DNA of 64,000 bases from Patescibacteria group bacterium (lineage in GTDB: Bacteria; Patescibacteriota; Patescibacteriia; UBA9934): the NCBI GenBank assembly GCA_041666205.1, contig JBAYHI010000001.1, positions 90,894-154,893 of the forward strand, given 5' to 3'. Below the pieces are notes generated by a model, which was given only the letters and a program-made list of their open reading frames with translations, ran no database searches and had not been told where the DNA came from. Every line of letters begins with the position of its first letter. The first letter of the stretch is position 1. Shown one piece after another: positions 19,427-28,616 of this stretch. The position numbers and the translations under genes are program-made.

Positions 19427-19897
19427 ATGATCTCATGCAAGAATAACCGAGACGAAGAAGTGATCCTCCCCAAGGAAAAATTTCGTTTTCGTCCAAGCGT
19501 CTATGGAATTATCCGCAATGGCGATAAGATTTGTATCTGCACCAATAAAGGAAACGGGAAGTATTGGTTTCCTGGTGGGGGAATAAATGTCTGTGAGTTA
19601 AGGAAGGATGCGCTTTTACGTGAAATTGATGAAGAAACCGGGCTCAAGAATGTACAAATTGGGCCATTAGTTGGGTCGCATGAGAATTTTTATTACTACG
19701 AGCCAACAGACGAAGCTTCTCATTATTATCTATTTTTCTATGAGTGCCAGACGAATGAGGTGACACTGAAAACCAATGAGGAAATTGATGACGATGAGGT
19801 GATAAATGTAAAATGGGTCAGTATTTCGGAACTAAAGAAAGACGATTTTTCGGGTTTGAACGATGAAATTTTCGGAATGATCCAGGCCCTCAAATAA
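19427..19897 (+). CDS. NUDIX hydrolase
   Basis: FPGGGINVCELRKDALLREIDEETGL Nudix box. Confidence 0.9.
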   Translation: MISCKNNRDEEVILPKEKFRFRPSVYGIIRNGDKICICTNKGNGKYWFPGGGINVCELRKDALLREIDEETGLKNVQIGPLVGSHENFYYYEPTDEASHYYLFFYECQTNEVTLKTNEEIDDDEVINVKWVSISELKKDDFSGLNDEIFGMIQALK

Positions 19898-19999
19898 CAT
19901 GGAGTAAAAATTCTCCCCGAGAGGGGATTTTTTTGTTTATCTTGTCTCAAATAGGTTGATGCGATAGAATACGACCAATCTTATTCGTTATTATTTTTT

Positions 20000-20338
20000 A
20001 TGAAAAAGCCTCTTGTCATTGTTGGAGGACTCCTGCTCGCAGTCGGCCTCTTACTTGGGATCATGGGAACTGAACGGATGGTAAAATCTGGTGAGAGTTC
20101 TGATAGTGCCGCGTTTTACTATGTGATGTATGAAGATGCAATAAGCATCGAAGATTATGAAAGTGCTGATATGTACATGAATTGGGCGATTTCTGATTTT
20201 GATCTTTCCGATTCTCGCAAGGCAACGGCGATTGGTGAAGGGGTTACTAGTTTCGTATTATTGGCTGGTGGAGCAGTATTGCTCTTCTTGGGGCTTAAAG
20301 GAAAAAAGAATGGAAAGATGATGAAGCCAATGGTCTAG
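20000..20338 (+). CDS. Hypothetical two-TM membrane protein
   Basis: ORF with N- and C-terminal hydrophobic helices, followed by a terminator at about 20348-20377. Confidence 0.7.
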   Translation: MKKPLVIVGGLLLAVGLLLGIMGTERMVKSGESSDSAAFYYVMYEDAISIEDYESADMYMNWAISDFDLSDSRKATAIGEGVTSFVLLAGGAVLLFLGLKGKKNGKMMKPMV

Positions 20339-20384
20339 AATTTTTAGAAAACTTCCTCGCAATGGGGAAGTTTTTTTATTGTCT

Positions 20385-20430
20385 AAAAACGCGAAGACTC
20401 CCGGCCAAGGAGTGGGGGAGTCTGAGGGGG
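20385..20430 (-). repeat. 46-bp direct repeat/terminator, copy 1
   Basis: AAAAACGCGAAGACTCCCGGCCAAGGAGTGGGGGAGTCTGAGGGGG; 45/46 identical to 20893-20938. Confidence 0.9.
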
Positions 20431-20435
20431 ACGTG

Positions 20436-20840
20436 CTAGTGGTCGAGTTCCGCCAACACGTTTGCCACGAGTTTGGCGAGCACCTGGCGCCGCAGGTCTG
20501 GGTATGAGTCGGCGATACTCACGAGGAGCCAGAGGGGCATGCCTTGGTGGTCGATTATTGCCCTGCAGACCTCGATCCTCAGATTTTTCGGTGTGAGGTT
20601 CCCGAAGAGGCGTTCGTTCACCTGGCCTCGATTGGCCCACCCTCTATTGAGGATCAGATTCATGGATCTTATCCCGAATCGGACGTCTCCGGCTCCACTT
20701 CGCATGATGAGCCACAGTTCATCAGCTGACGCGTCAGATCTACGTAGCAACGCATCGGCCATCTGTGGGGTACATCGGCCTTCTAGTACCCGGATCGTTA
20801 GCACGCTGGTTTCGAAATCGGCGAAGTTTTCTTCACCCAT
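20436..20840 (-). CDS. Hypothetical helical protein (paralogue A)
   Basis: AAGGAGG SD before ATG 20840; 134 aa. Confidence 0.75.
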   Translation of the reverse strand: MGEENFADFETSVLTIRVLEGRCTPQMADALLRRSDASADELWLIMRSGAGDVRFGIRSMNLILNRGWANRGQVNERLFGNLTPKNLRIEVCRAIIDHQGMPLWLLVSIADSYPDLRRQVLAKLVANVLAELDH

Positions 20841-20892
20841 TGTGAATTCCTCCTTGTTCAATTTTACAGATTGCCGTGGATAAAAACAACCC

Positions 20893-20938
20893 AAAAACGC
20901 GAAGACTCCCGGCCGAGGAGTGGGGGAGTCTGAGGGGG
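20893..20938 (-). repeat. 46-bp direct repeat/terminator, copy 2
   Basis: Same as 20385-20430 with one A>G change. Confidence 0.9.
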
Positions 20939-20950
20939 GTTTGAGACCAT

Positions 20951-21337
20951 CTAGTGCGATGAAGCTTCCCATCGGAGCCTTGCCATGGTGCGGATGATGG
21001 TCGCCTCGGCTTCGTCGCGAAGCTCCGGAAATTCCTCGAAGATGTAGCCCAAGAGTCGTAACCCTGGGTCGAAGAGTTTGTCAGTTGGGCTTGCAGCCTT
21101 CGTGATGAGCCATCGTGCGACCGCGAGTCGCAAGGGGCGCACTCCATTCCATGCGTAGTTGTGATCGTAGAAAATACGCACGAAGAGCATCAAACACTCT
21201 GCTTCGTCGGCCCAGTTGTGGCGAATAAATTGTGCTTCCTTGAGGAGCTCGCCAAGCGCTTCGAGTCGCTTTTCAAGCGACGCCTGTTGGTCCCGAACAG
21301 TCTCGCGCAAACGATCTTCTTTATTATGGTCGTACAA
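20951..21337 (-). CDS. Hypothetical helical protein (paralogue B)
   Basis: GGAGG SD before in-frame TTG at 21337 (ORF track starts 21355); C-terminal similarity to paralogue A. Confidence 0.7.
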   Translation of the reverse strand: MYDHNKEDRLRETVRDQQASLEKRLEALGELLKEAQFIRHNWADEAECLMLFVRIFYDHNYAWNGVRPLRLAVARWLITKAASPTDKLFDPGLRLLGYIFEEFPELRDEAEATIIRTMARLRWEASSH

Positions 21338-21592
21338 GATGTGCCTCCGGGTCAATTTAACCAGGGAATGTCTGGAAAATCAACCCTCCTTTGCTCCGTA
21401 GAACGGAGCTTCGGAGGATTATTTTTACTGAATGTCTTTTTGTAAAAATATAAATCTCCCTTTTGGGGAGTTTCTTATAACTCTAATCGACAATCTACAA
21501 TTTAGAACTATGTGATTACAACGTCTTATTTTCACAATTCCCGAAGGAATTATGAATCGACTTAATCATCTTGTAAAAAGATGAAGTTCCCT

Positions 21593-23093
21593 AGAAAGGA
21601 GGTAATCCATCCACAGCTTCCGCTACGGATGCCTTGTTACGACTTCGTCCCTATTGCTGGTTTTGCCTTCCGCCGCTCTACAGCGACGTTCGGGCACCAC
21701 CAACTCTCTTGACGTGACGGGCGGTGAGTACAAGACCTGAGAACGTATTCAAGGTGGCGTTATGATCCACCTTTACTAGCGATTCCAACTTCATGGAGTC
21801 GAGTTTCAGACTCCAATCCGAACTGAGATTGGTTTTGTGAGATTTGCTCCGCCTCGCGGCTTGGCTTCCCATTGTACCAACCATTGTACCATGCGTGTCG
21901 CCCTGGACGTAAGGGCCACGCTGATTTGACGTCATCCCCTCCTTCCTCCTTCTTGCGAAGGCAGTCTCCCGTGAAAATAATAACACAGGACAGGGGTTGC
22001 GCTCGTTACCCCACTTAAGGGTACACCTCACGGCACGAGCTGACGACAACCGTGCAGCACCTATCTAGCACCCTCGAAGGAGCCTTACTTTCATAAGGTT
22101 AGCAGCTAGTAGTTGAGCCCAGGTGAGGTTTCTCGTGTATCATCGAATTAAACCGCATGGTCCACCGCTTGTGCAGGTCCCCGTCTATTCCTTTGAGTTT
22201 TAACCTTGCGGTCGTACTTCCCAGGCGGAGTGCTTAACGCGTTAGCTTGTTTAAGCGGCACCAAGAGGGTCGATACTCTTGATACCTAGCACTCATCGTT
22301 TACGGCATGGACTACTGGGGTATCTAATCCCATTCGCTACCCATGCTTTCGTACAACAGTGTCAGGAACATTCTAGTTGGCTGCTTTCGCATTTGGTGTT
22401 CTACCTAATCTTAACGGATTTAACCCCTACACTAGGCATTCCGCCAACCTCTCTTGTCCTCGAGTCTTGCAGTATCACCCGCAGCCTCCAGGTTGAGCCT
22501 GAAGATTTAACGAATGACTTACAAAACCACCTACGTACTCTTTACGCCCAATAAATCCGGTCAACGCTCGGGGTCTCTGTATTACCGCTGCTGCTGGCAC
22601 AGAGTTAGCAACCCCTTTCTTCTAAGGTACCGTCATTAATTCGTCCCTTAGGACAGTCGTTTACGACCCGAAGGCCTTCATCCGACACGCGGCATCGCTC
22701 CGTCACACTTTCGTGCATTGCGGAATATTCTTGACTGCAGCCTCCCGTAGGAGTCTGGGCAGTATCTCAGTCCCAGTGAGCCGGGTCACGCTCTCACGCC
22801 CGGTATCCGTCATAGCCTTGGTGAGCCATTACCTCACCAACTAGCTGATAGAACATAGGCCCTTCCCGAACCGATAAATCTTTCAATGAGAATGACTTTC
22901 GTCCCCTCATCAGTATCGCGTATTAGCCCACGTTTCCATGGGTTATTCGCGAGTTCAGGGTAGGTTACCAATGCGTTACTCTCCCGTTTGCCACTAACAT
23001 CAGTGGAGCAAGCTCCACTAAAATTCGTTCGACTTGCATGCCTTAGACATGCCGCCAGCGTTCGACCTGAGCTAGGATCAAACTCTCATATAT
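21593..23093 (-). rRNA. rrs: 16S rRNA (about 1.5 kb, no obvious intron, not followed by 23S)
   Basis: Reverse complements of 27F, 338, 515, 806, 926 and 1492 regions; 3' anti-SD (AAAGGAGGT on +); ends approximate. Confidence 0.99.
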
Positions 23094-23215
23094 AGTACTT
23101 TTGCAATCCCGAAGGATTGTTCAAAGCCTCTACTCAATAATAGACGTTGTAATCACACAATTTTAAATTGTTGTGGTTGTCGATTACAGTTGTGAAAGGC
23201 CGTATAACGAGCGGT

Positions 23216-23244
23216 ACTTTACCAGGAGCCTGAAAACCTGTCAA
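23216..23244 (-). promoter_or_regulatory. 16S rRNA promoter
   Basis: TTGACA-N17-TAAAGT on minus strand. Confidence 0.75.
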
Positions 23245-23285
23245 GGAAATATGGGTAAATCGTCAAAAAGAAAAACAGCACCGTT

Positions 23286-23954
23286 TTAGGTGCGTTTTTC
23301 TTGGGCATTTCGCCAGGCCTCAATTTCCTTGTGATTTCCCGATAAGAGCACAGGTGGGACATGTAAATCCTTCTTTTTTCGGCCGATTTTTAGCGTATAC
23401 GTTTCGGGCTTTGTGTACTGCGGATATTCGAGCACGCCGGCTTCTGTATGAGATTCTGCGTCGAGCGATTCTTTTGCTCCCAAGACGCCAGGAATTTGGC
23501 GCGCAATGGCGTCGCACATCACAAGGGCAGGGAGTTCACCACCGGTGAGAACGAAATCGCCAATGGAAAGCGCTTCATCTGCAATCGCATCCTCGACTCG
23601 CTGATCAATGCCTTCGTAGCGTCCGCAAATGAAGATAAGGTGACCATATTTTGCGAGTCGCACGGCGTCTTCTTGCGTGAATCGTTTTCCGCTCGCAGAC
23701 GTGATAATTACATGCGTTCCTTTTTTCTTGAATTTGCGTACGGCGTCGGCGATTGGTTGCACGGTCATAACCATACCCGGGCCTCCACCGTATGGGGTAT
23801 CGTCGACTTTGCCGTGTTTGTCTTTGGAAAATGCACGAATATCGTGCGCCTCAATGCGAATGAGTTTTTCTTTTTGCGCGCGACCCAAAATCGACGCCTC
23901 TGAATAAGGTGTGATTGTCTCTGGGAAGATTGTGAGGATGTCGTAGCGCTTCAT
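23286..23954 (-). CDS. trmD: tRNA (guanine37-N1)-methyltransferase
   Basis: DILTIFPE, VDDTPYGGGPGMV, ICGRYEGID, SIGDFVLTGGE, LEYPQYT, LLSGNH. Confidence 0.98.
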   Translation of the reverse strand: MKRYDILTIFPETITPYSEASILGRAQKEKLIRIEAHDIRAFSKDKHGKVDDTPYGGGPGMVMTVQPIADAVRKFKKKGTHVIITSASGKRFTQEDAVRLAKYGHLIFICGRYEGIDQRVEDAIADEALSIGDFVLTGGELPALVMCDAIARQIPGVLGAKESLDAESHTEAGVLEYPQYTKPETYTLKIGRKKKDLHVPPVLLSGNHKEIEAWRNAQEKRT

Positions 23955-24021
23955 AATGTAGGCTATTTTTAGCATAAATTTTCGGTTTTGTAAAGCGATT
24001 TGGTATAATACTCGCAACAAT

Positions 24022-24234
24022 ATGCTAAAGAAATTCAAAAATCTCAAACATAATCACCAGCTCATTTTTAGTCTCATTATTATCTCGGGAGTAACCGGGG
24101 TTTGGCGGGGGATATGGGGACTGTTGGACGTCTTTTTCATTCCCGGTGATTTGACTCTAAGTTACTCGCTCTCACTCATTCTTGGCATTGTCATTATCAC
24201 AATCACGCACTATACGATTGATCGAATCGTCTAA
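24022..24234 (+). CDS. Small membrane protein
   Basis: Two TM helices with WRGIWGLLD motif; TATAAT just upstream. Confidence 0.75.
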   Translation: MLKKFKNLKHNHQLIFSLIIISGVTGVWRGIWGLLDVFFIPGDLTLSYSLSLILGIVIITITHYTIDRIV

Positions 24235-24240
24235 AATAAA

Positions 24241-24272
24241 AAAAATCACGGCCCCTTGCGGAGTCGTGATTT
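24241..24272. repeat. 32-bp duplicated terminator, copy 1
   Basis: AAAAATCACGGCCCCTTGCGGAGTCGTGATTT; 31/32 identical to 24626-24657. Confidence 0.9.
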
Positions 24273-24324
24273 GTAAAATTTAACCCCACGGCAGCTGCCG
24301 TGGGGCTTGAAGTGCGTCCCGGAT

Positions 24325-24534
24325 TTACCGAGGGATCTTCCGCAGATTGGCCGACATCGTCCAGCTGATCACCTCGACATGGTCGCTATCCCAGTGCACC
24401 GGAACACACCTGTATTCGGCTATTTCATCGTCCACATCATAGCCGGGATCAACTACGGTACCTCGCGAATCTCCACCGGAAGTCACTCTATCTCCGACCT
24501 CAAAACCGTAGTAGTTCCTGTAGTGGATGGGCAT
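24325..24534 (-). CDS. Small hypothetical protein, possibly SH3/KOW-like fold
   Basis: GAGGAGG SD, ATG 24534, FEVGDRV...GTVV pattern; own palindromic hairpin at about 24284-24305. Confidence 0.65.
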   Translation of the reverse strand: MPIHYRNYYGFEVGDRVTSGGDSRGTVVDPGYDVDDEIAEYRCVPVHWDSDHVEVISWTMSANLRKIPR

Positions 24535-24625
24535 GTCTTCCTCCTCACGATGCGCATTAGTTTTTAAGTACAGCACTTTATCATAATTGATGATTTTGTA
24601 TAGTGAAACATGTTTAACGCAAAAC

Positions 24626-24657
24626 AAAAATCACGGCCCCTCGCGGAGTCGTGATTT
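24626..24657. repeat. 32-bp duplicated terminator, copy 2 (khpA terminator)
   Basis: AAAAATCACGGCCCCTCGCGGAGTCGTGATTT. Confidence 0.9.
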
Positions 24658-24666
24658 TTTTGTTGA

Positions 24667-25008
24667 CTAGAAGCTCAAGTTGTCGACGACAGTCGTATCG
24701 GCTTCCTCTTCGGCCACAGGAGCTGCGGCAACTGCTGCGCGTGGGGCTCGATTCATCCGTGAACCTTCTGGTTCATAGATTTTCAAGTTGACGCGAGCAT
24801 TTTCCTTGGCTCCAACAATCTTGAGAAGGGTTCGGATGGCGCGAGCGGTTTGACCCGATCGACCAATCACGTACCCCATATCCTCTGGATTGATGTGGAG
24901 GGTGATGAGGACTCCGCGTTCATCGATCGTTCGTTCTGTACGGACATCATCTGGGTGATTCACGATCTCCCGAACAATACCCTCAACGAACTGCTGATCC
25001 TTTTCCAT
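24667..25008 (-). CDS. khpA: KH-domain RNA-binding protein (KhpA/YlqC)
   Basis: IVNHPDDV, EDMGYVIGRSGQTARAIRTL; rpsP-khpA-trmD synteny. Confidence 0.92.
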   Translation of the reverse strand: MEKDQQFVEGIVREIVNHPDDVRTERTIDERGVLITLHINPEDMGYVIGRSGQTARAIRTLLKIVGAKENARVNLKIYEPEGSRMNRAPRAAVAAAPVAEEEADTTVVDNLSF

Positions 25009-25160
25009 ACAATTCTTCAATAACGGTTTTAGTATTGCTATAAACTTCGTGGCGACCTTTATAACCAGGAAATTCACTAGCCCCAGTATCCTAACATGGT
25101 GAGGAAATGGGCGTCAATAAAAAATAGCCCGTCCTTTTCTGAGAGGAGGGGCCATCTTTT

Positions 25161-25499
25161 TTATGCAGCGACTGCTTCTTTTGCCGGAGCTTCTGCTTTT
25201 TTGGCTTCGAGCGCTGCGGCTCGGCGTTTTGTGATTTTTACGGACTTCACTTTTTCTGTGCTGAGGAGTTTTGCATCCACGAGCATATTGTGAACCGTAT
25301 TGGATGGCTGTGCGCCTTTTGCGAGCCATTCTGTAATGCGGTCGGCTTGCAATTCGATGCGTGGTGGGTTTGATCGGGGATCAAAGAGCCCAACAACTTC
25401 GATTGCTGGCGACCAGGGGTCGCGGTGGCTATTCTGCACAACCATGCGGTACTGTGGTTGGCTTCGTTTGCCAATGCGAGAAAGACGAATAGTAATCAT
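25161..25499 (-). CDS. rpsP: 30S ribosomal protein S16
   Basis: MITIRLSRIGKRSQPQYRMVV...WLAKGAQPSNTV. Confidence 0.97.
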   Translation of the reverse strand: MITIRLSRIGKRSQPQYRMVVQNSHRDPWSPAIEVVGLFDPRSNPPRIELQADRITEWLAKGAQPSNTVHNMLVDAKLLSTEKVKSVKITKRRAAALEAKKAEAPAKEAVAA

Positions 25500-25606
25500 A
25501 GGTAGCGCCATGGTACGGAAATAGCCATCCTTTGTCAAGTCCTGCCACGGCAAAAAGAAAACCGCCTTGGAAGGCGGTTTTCGTAAGGGTTTGGCATGCC
25601 AAACTC

Positions 25607-28081
25607 TTACTGATGCGCTTCAGGCCCTCCAAATACACCCATATCGTTTCGGGTGCCATCCGGGTCGTTATATGCACTGGATGGGTTTCCAGCGTCTGTA
25701 CCGATACTGCTGGCTGCGAGACGTAGGTTACTATAAGCGGACGTGAACGTTGCTGCAAGTGGGATATCTCCGGTTCCTGCGGGGATTGTAACCCAGCTAT
25801 TTGCAGGCACAGGAGTGTAGACAAGGTTATATTCCGAGATTCCGGCAGCCGCCATAGAAGTATAGATGCCGTATTTGAATCCCTGAATAACATTGTTAAA
25901 TGCAAGGAAATTATTCGTTGGATTTGCATCGGAGTAAATGCCACTTACGGACCTGACACCCGCATTAGGGTCGTACATCGTATTATTGGCAATGATGATT
26001 CCAACCGAATTTGAGATATACACGCCATTTGGCGTGAGACTGGTGGAAAATGACGCATCGAGAATATTATTTTTGATTTGTGAGCCGTAGCCATTGAGGC
26101 AATATACCAGCGCTGATGTGGCATTCTTGATTGTGAACCCTTGCAATGTGGAACTCATGCCAAGTGTGACAGCACGCGCGGCTCCACCACCATTGAGGGT
26201 TACATGCTCAGCCGCTTCTCCAACCAATGAGACGCCGTCTGGCACGGTCAGCGCTCCAGAATACGTTGTGCCCGATTCAACGTAGACGGTTTCTCCAGAA
26301 CTTGCCGCGGCAAGTGCGCTTGCAACGTTTCCACTATAGTCGCTCGCAAATACCACGTCGCTGTTTGAGACAACCATGTCTGCTGTATTGCTCCAATCGC
26401 TGCATCCCGCGGTATTGCAGGCCTTGACGTGGTAGAAATATTCCGTGAGCAATGTTGTAGATGTTTGACCAAGAGTTGAGAGCATTACACCAGCAGAACA
26501 CCATCCTGTTGCGCTTGGGAAATCGCTTTGCGTATCCCATTCAAAACAGTAATACGTGGCTCCAGAAGATTCTGTCCATCCAAGATTGTATGCAGTTCCG
26601 TCAATCACGTAGGTGCCCGGGTCAGTCATAGTTGGTGCTGCGGGAATGCTAACCGGCGTCACGGTGATCGTTGAGTCTTCTACATTGCTCCACGCGCTAT
26701 TGCCGTAGGAATTACTTGCGCGAACACGCCAGTGATAGGTGGTTGATGTGGCAACGGTGAGGGAGCTCGTATAGGTTGTGGAGGCACCGTTATAGGCGAC
26801 TGTTGGACTAGAAAATGATGAGTTTGTATCGCGCTGAAGCTCATAGAGCGTGGCGCCACTGGGGCTTGTATAGGTGATTGTAAACGATGCCCCGCTCGCA
26901 ATGGGGCTCCCTGGGCCGGTGAGTACGGGTGCATCTGGAACCGTTGCGGGTGTGGATGATCCAGCTACAGTCAAATCAACCACGTTGCTCCATGCACCGT
27001 GCCCGATTGCATTGCGCCCTTGAACGCGCCAGTAATACGTTGTTGTGGATGATGGGGAAATGGAATGCGTGTAAGTGGTGCTGAGGCCTGAGTAAATTGT
27101 TGAGTATGTTGAGAATGCAGGGTCGGTTGATTGCTGGAGTACGTAGGTTGTAACTCCTGTGACCGCTGAATAGCTCAGGGTGAATGAAGCACCGGCAGTC
27201 GTTGAGGATCCTGGATCAGTAAGAACTGGAGCCGTTGGCACACCAACCGTACTTACGGTAATGTCCACGACATTACTCCAACTGCTTGTTCCAACGCCGT
27301 TTGAGGCGTTCACGCGGTAGTAATAGGTGGTTGTGGACACAGGGACAATATAGTCTGGCGTGGTTGTGCCGGATCCGGAAATAATATTGATTGGATCAGA
27401 GAACGAGGAGTCGTCGTCGCGTTGCAAGGTGTAGCGCGTGGCGTCGCTCGATGAGGTCCAAGAAAGCGTGAAATTTGTACCCGACGATACGCTCGATCCT
27501 GGGTCAGTGAGTGTTGGAGCGGTAGGGATTGTGCCAACAGGATCGGTATATCCTAAATCTGTATCAATGGTTGGCGTTGAATTTTTTTGTCCGGTTGGAT
27601 CGTATTGTGCAGTACTAGTGATGTCGGATCCGATGGAATAATGAGGGTAGAATGTGTCTGGAAGATCGTCGATTTTTGTATTCCACGCCGCGCCATAGAG
27701 GTTTGAAGCAAGCGATTCGGTTGTGACCCAGCGCAAAATACTTCCTCGCTCCACAACGTAGACTTTTGGCACGGTGATGAGTTTCACCATGCGCACCCCG
27801 GGACGATAGGTGACGTTGCCCACCAGTCGCATGGAGGCAAGCGTGGCGTCCGATACGGTATGAACGCCTGAGAAGTCGCTATACCAGGTGAAATAGGTTT
27901 TTTCGTTTGGGAAATTATAGCGATTGCCGTCGCTTGAATAATAGTAGACCGTTGAAAAACTGCCTTTGATTAAATCTCCAGCCGTTGGAGTGATTTCGGT
28001 TGCGTGCACGGACGTTGGAGTGAGTCCGAGAACACTCCCGAGTATCGCAACTGTGGCGATGAGTGAAAATAGACGTTTCAT
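25607..28081 (-). CDS. Secreted surface protein: CPR-type N-terminal domain, four fibronectin-III-like repeats, C-terminal right-handed beta-helix
   Basis: Signal peptide; GDLIKG..STVYY..DG.RY.FPNEKTYFTWY; repeats AP.LTDPG...Y.LQ...F...YY.RV.A.N..G...WSN; beta-helix tail ending DAGNP...DPDGTRNDMGVFGG. Confidence 0.85.
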   Translation of the reverse strand: MKRLFSLIATVAILGSVLGLTPTSVHATEITPTAGDLIKGSFSTVYYYSSDGNRYNFPNEKTYFTWYSDFSGVHTVSDATLASMRLVGNVTYRPGVRMVKLITVPKVYVVERGSILRWVTTESLASNLYGAAWNTKIDDLPDTFYPHYSIGSDITSTAQYDPTGQKNSTPTIDTDLGYTDPVGTIPTAPTLTDPGSSVSSGTNFTLSWTSSSDATRYTLQRDDDSSFSDPINIISGSGTTTPDYIVPVSTTTYYYRVNASNGVGTSSWSNVVDITVSTVGVPTAPVLTDPGSSTTAGASFTLSYSAVTGVTTYVLQQSTDPAFSTYSTIYSGLSTTYTHSISPSSTTTYYWRVQGRNAIGHGAWSNVVDLTVAGSSTPATVPDAPVLTGPGSPIASGASFTITYTSPSGATLYELQRDTNSSFSSPTVAYNGASTTYTSSLTVATSTTYHWRVRASNSYGNSAWSNVEDSTITVTPVSIPAAPTMTDPGTYVIDGTAYNLGWTESSGATYYCFEWDTQSDFPSATGWCSAGVMLSTLGQTSTTLLTEYFYHVKACNTAGCSDWSNTADMVVSNSDVVFASDYSGNVASALAAASSGETVYVESGTTYSGALTVPDGVSLVGEAAEHVTLNGGGAARAVTLGMSSTLQGFTIKNATSALVYCLNGYGSQIKNNILDASFSTSLTPNGVYISNSVGIIIANNTMYDPNAGVRSVSGIYSDANPTNNFLAFNNVIQGFKYGIYTSMAAAGISEYNLVYTPVPANSWVTIPAGTGDIPLAATFTSAYSNLRLAASSIGTDAGNPSSAYNDPDGTRNDMGVFGGPEAHQ

Positions 28082-28122
28082 AGGAAAATTTTATTGCTTT
28101 CAGTATAGCAAAATTTCCCTCA

Positions 28123-28337
28123 TAAAAAAATTCGACGCCCGGCAGGGTGCCGGGCGGGTACGGGGGAGACACGACGGTTGAGACGGCGGGCTAGGTGAAC
28201 CCTGACGGGTGCATCCGACCTCCAAGTCCCTCTTGCGAGGGGTGAATCGACGAGCGGCGATCAGGTGGCGGCGACGCTGGTGGTGTAGGCCAAGGACACC
28301 TCGCGGGGCGCGAATGCACATGCTTCAGCGCATGAGC
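28123..28337 (-). ncRNA. Candidate GC-rich small RNA (unit B)
   Basis: TTGACA-N17-TATTAT promoter at 28373-28345; terminator GCCCGGCA-CCC-TGCCGGGC plus T-tract; only a 7-codon SD-led ORF inside. Confidence 0.5.
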
Positions 28338-28499
28338 GCGAAAATAATATGCCTTGCGGAAAGAGATGTCAATAAAAAGAAGTGCCCGCCGGAGTGCCGG
28401 CGAGCGGGGAGCGGACAGGGGTCCGCTGAGAACGGTGTTACAGTTGCTGGTTGGTCAGCCCGCCACGTCCTCACGATCAAGCGGACGCGGCGGGCGGAG

Positions 28500-28616
28500 C
28501 TAGGACCCGGCGTTGAACACCGCGCCGGAGTCGTTCTGGACCTGGTTGTCGCCGTCGAAGTCGATGTTCAGACAGCGCTTGGACGCCGCGTTGGGCGGCG
28601 CGCGCGAGATCAGCAT
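28500..28616 (-). CDS. 38-aa SD-led small ORF within a structured transcript (unit A)
   Basis: GGAGGT-N7-ATG; MLISRAPPNAASKRCLNIDFDGDNQVQNDSGAVFNAGS; promoter about 28757-28728, terminator about 28374-28402. Confidence 0.5.
   Translation of the reverse strand: MLISRAPPNAASKRCLNIDFDGDNQVQNDSGAVFNAGS

Noticed and set aside
21678-22554. ORFs inside the 16S gene
   Set aside because: Spurious frames within rRNA
21593-23093. 16S intron or insertion (frequent in CPR)
   Set aside because: Length is about 1.5 kb and conserved blocks are normally spaced
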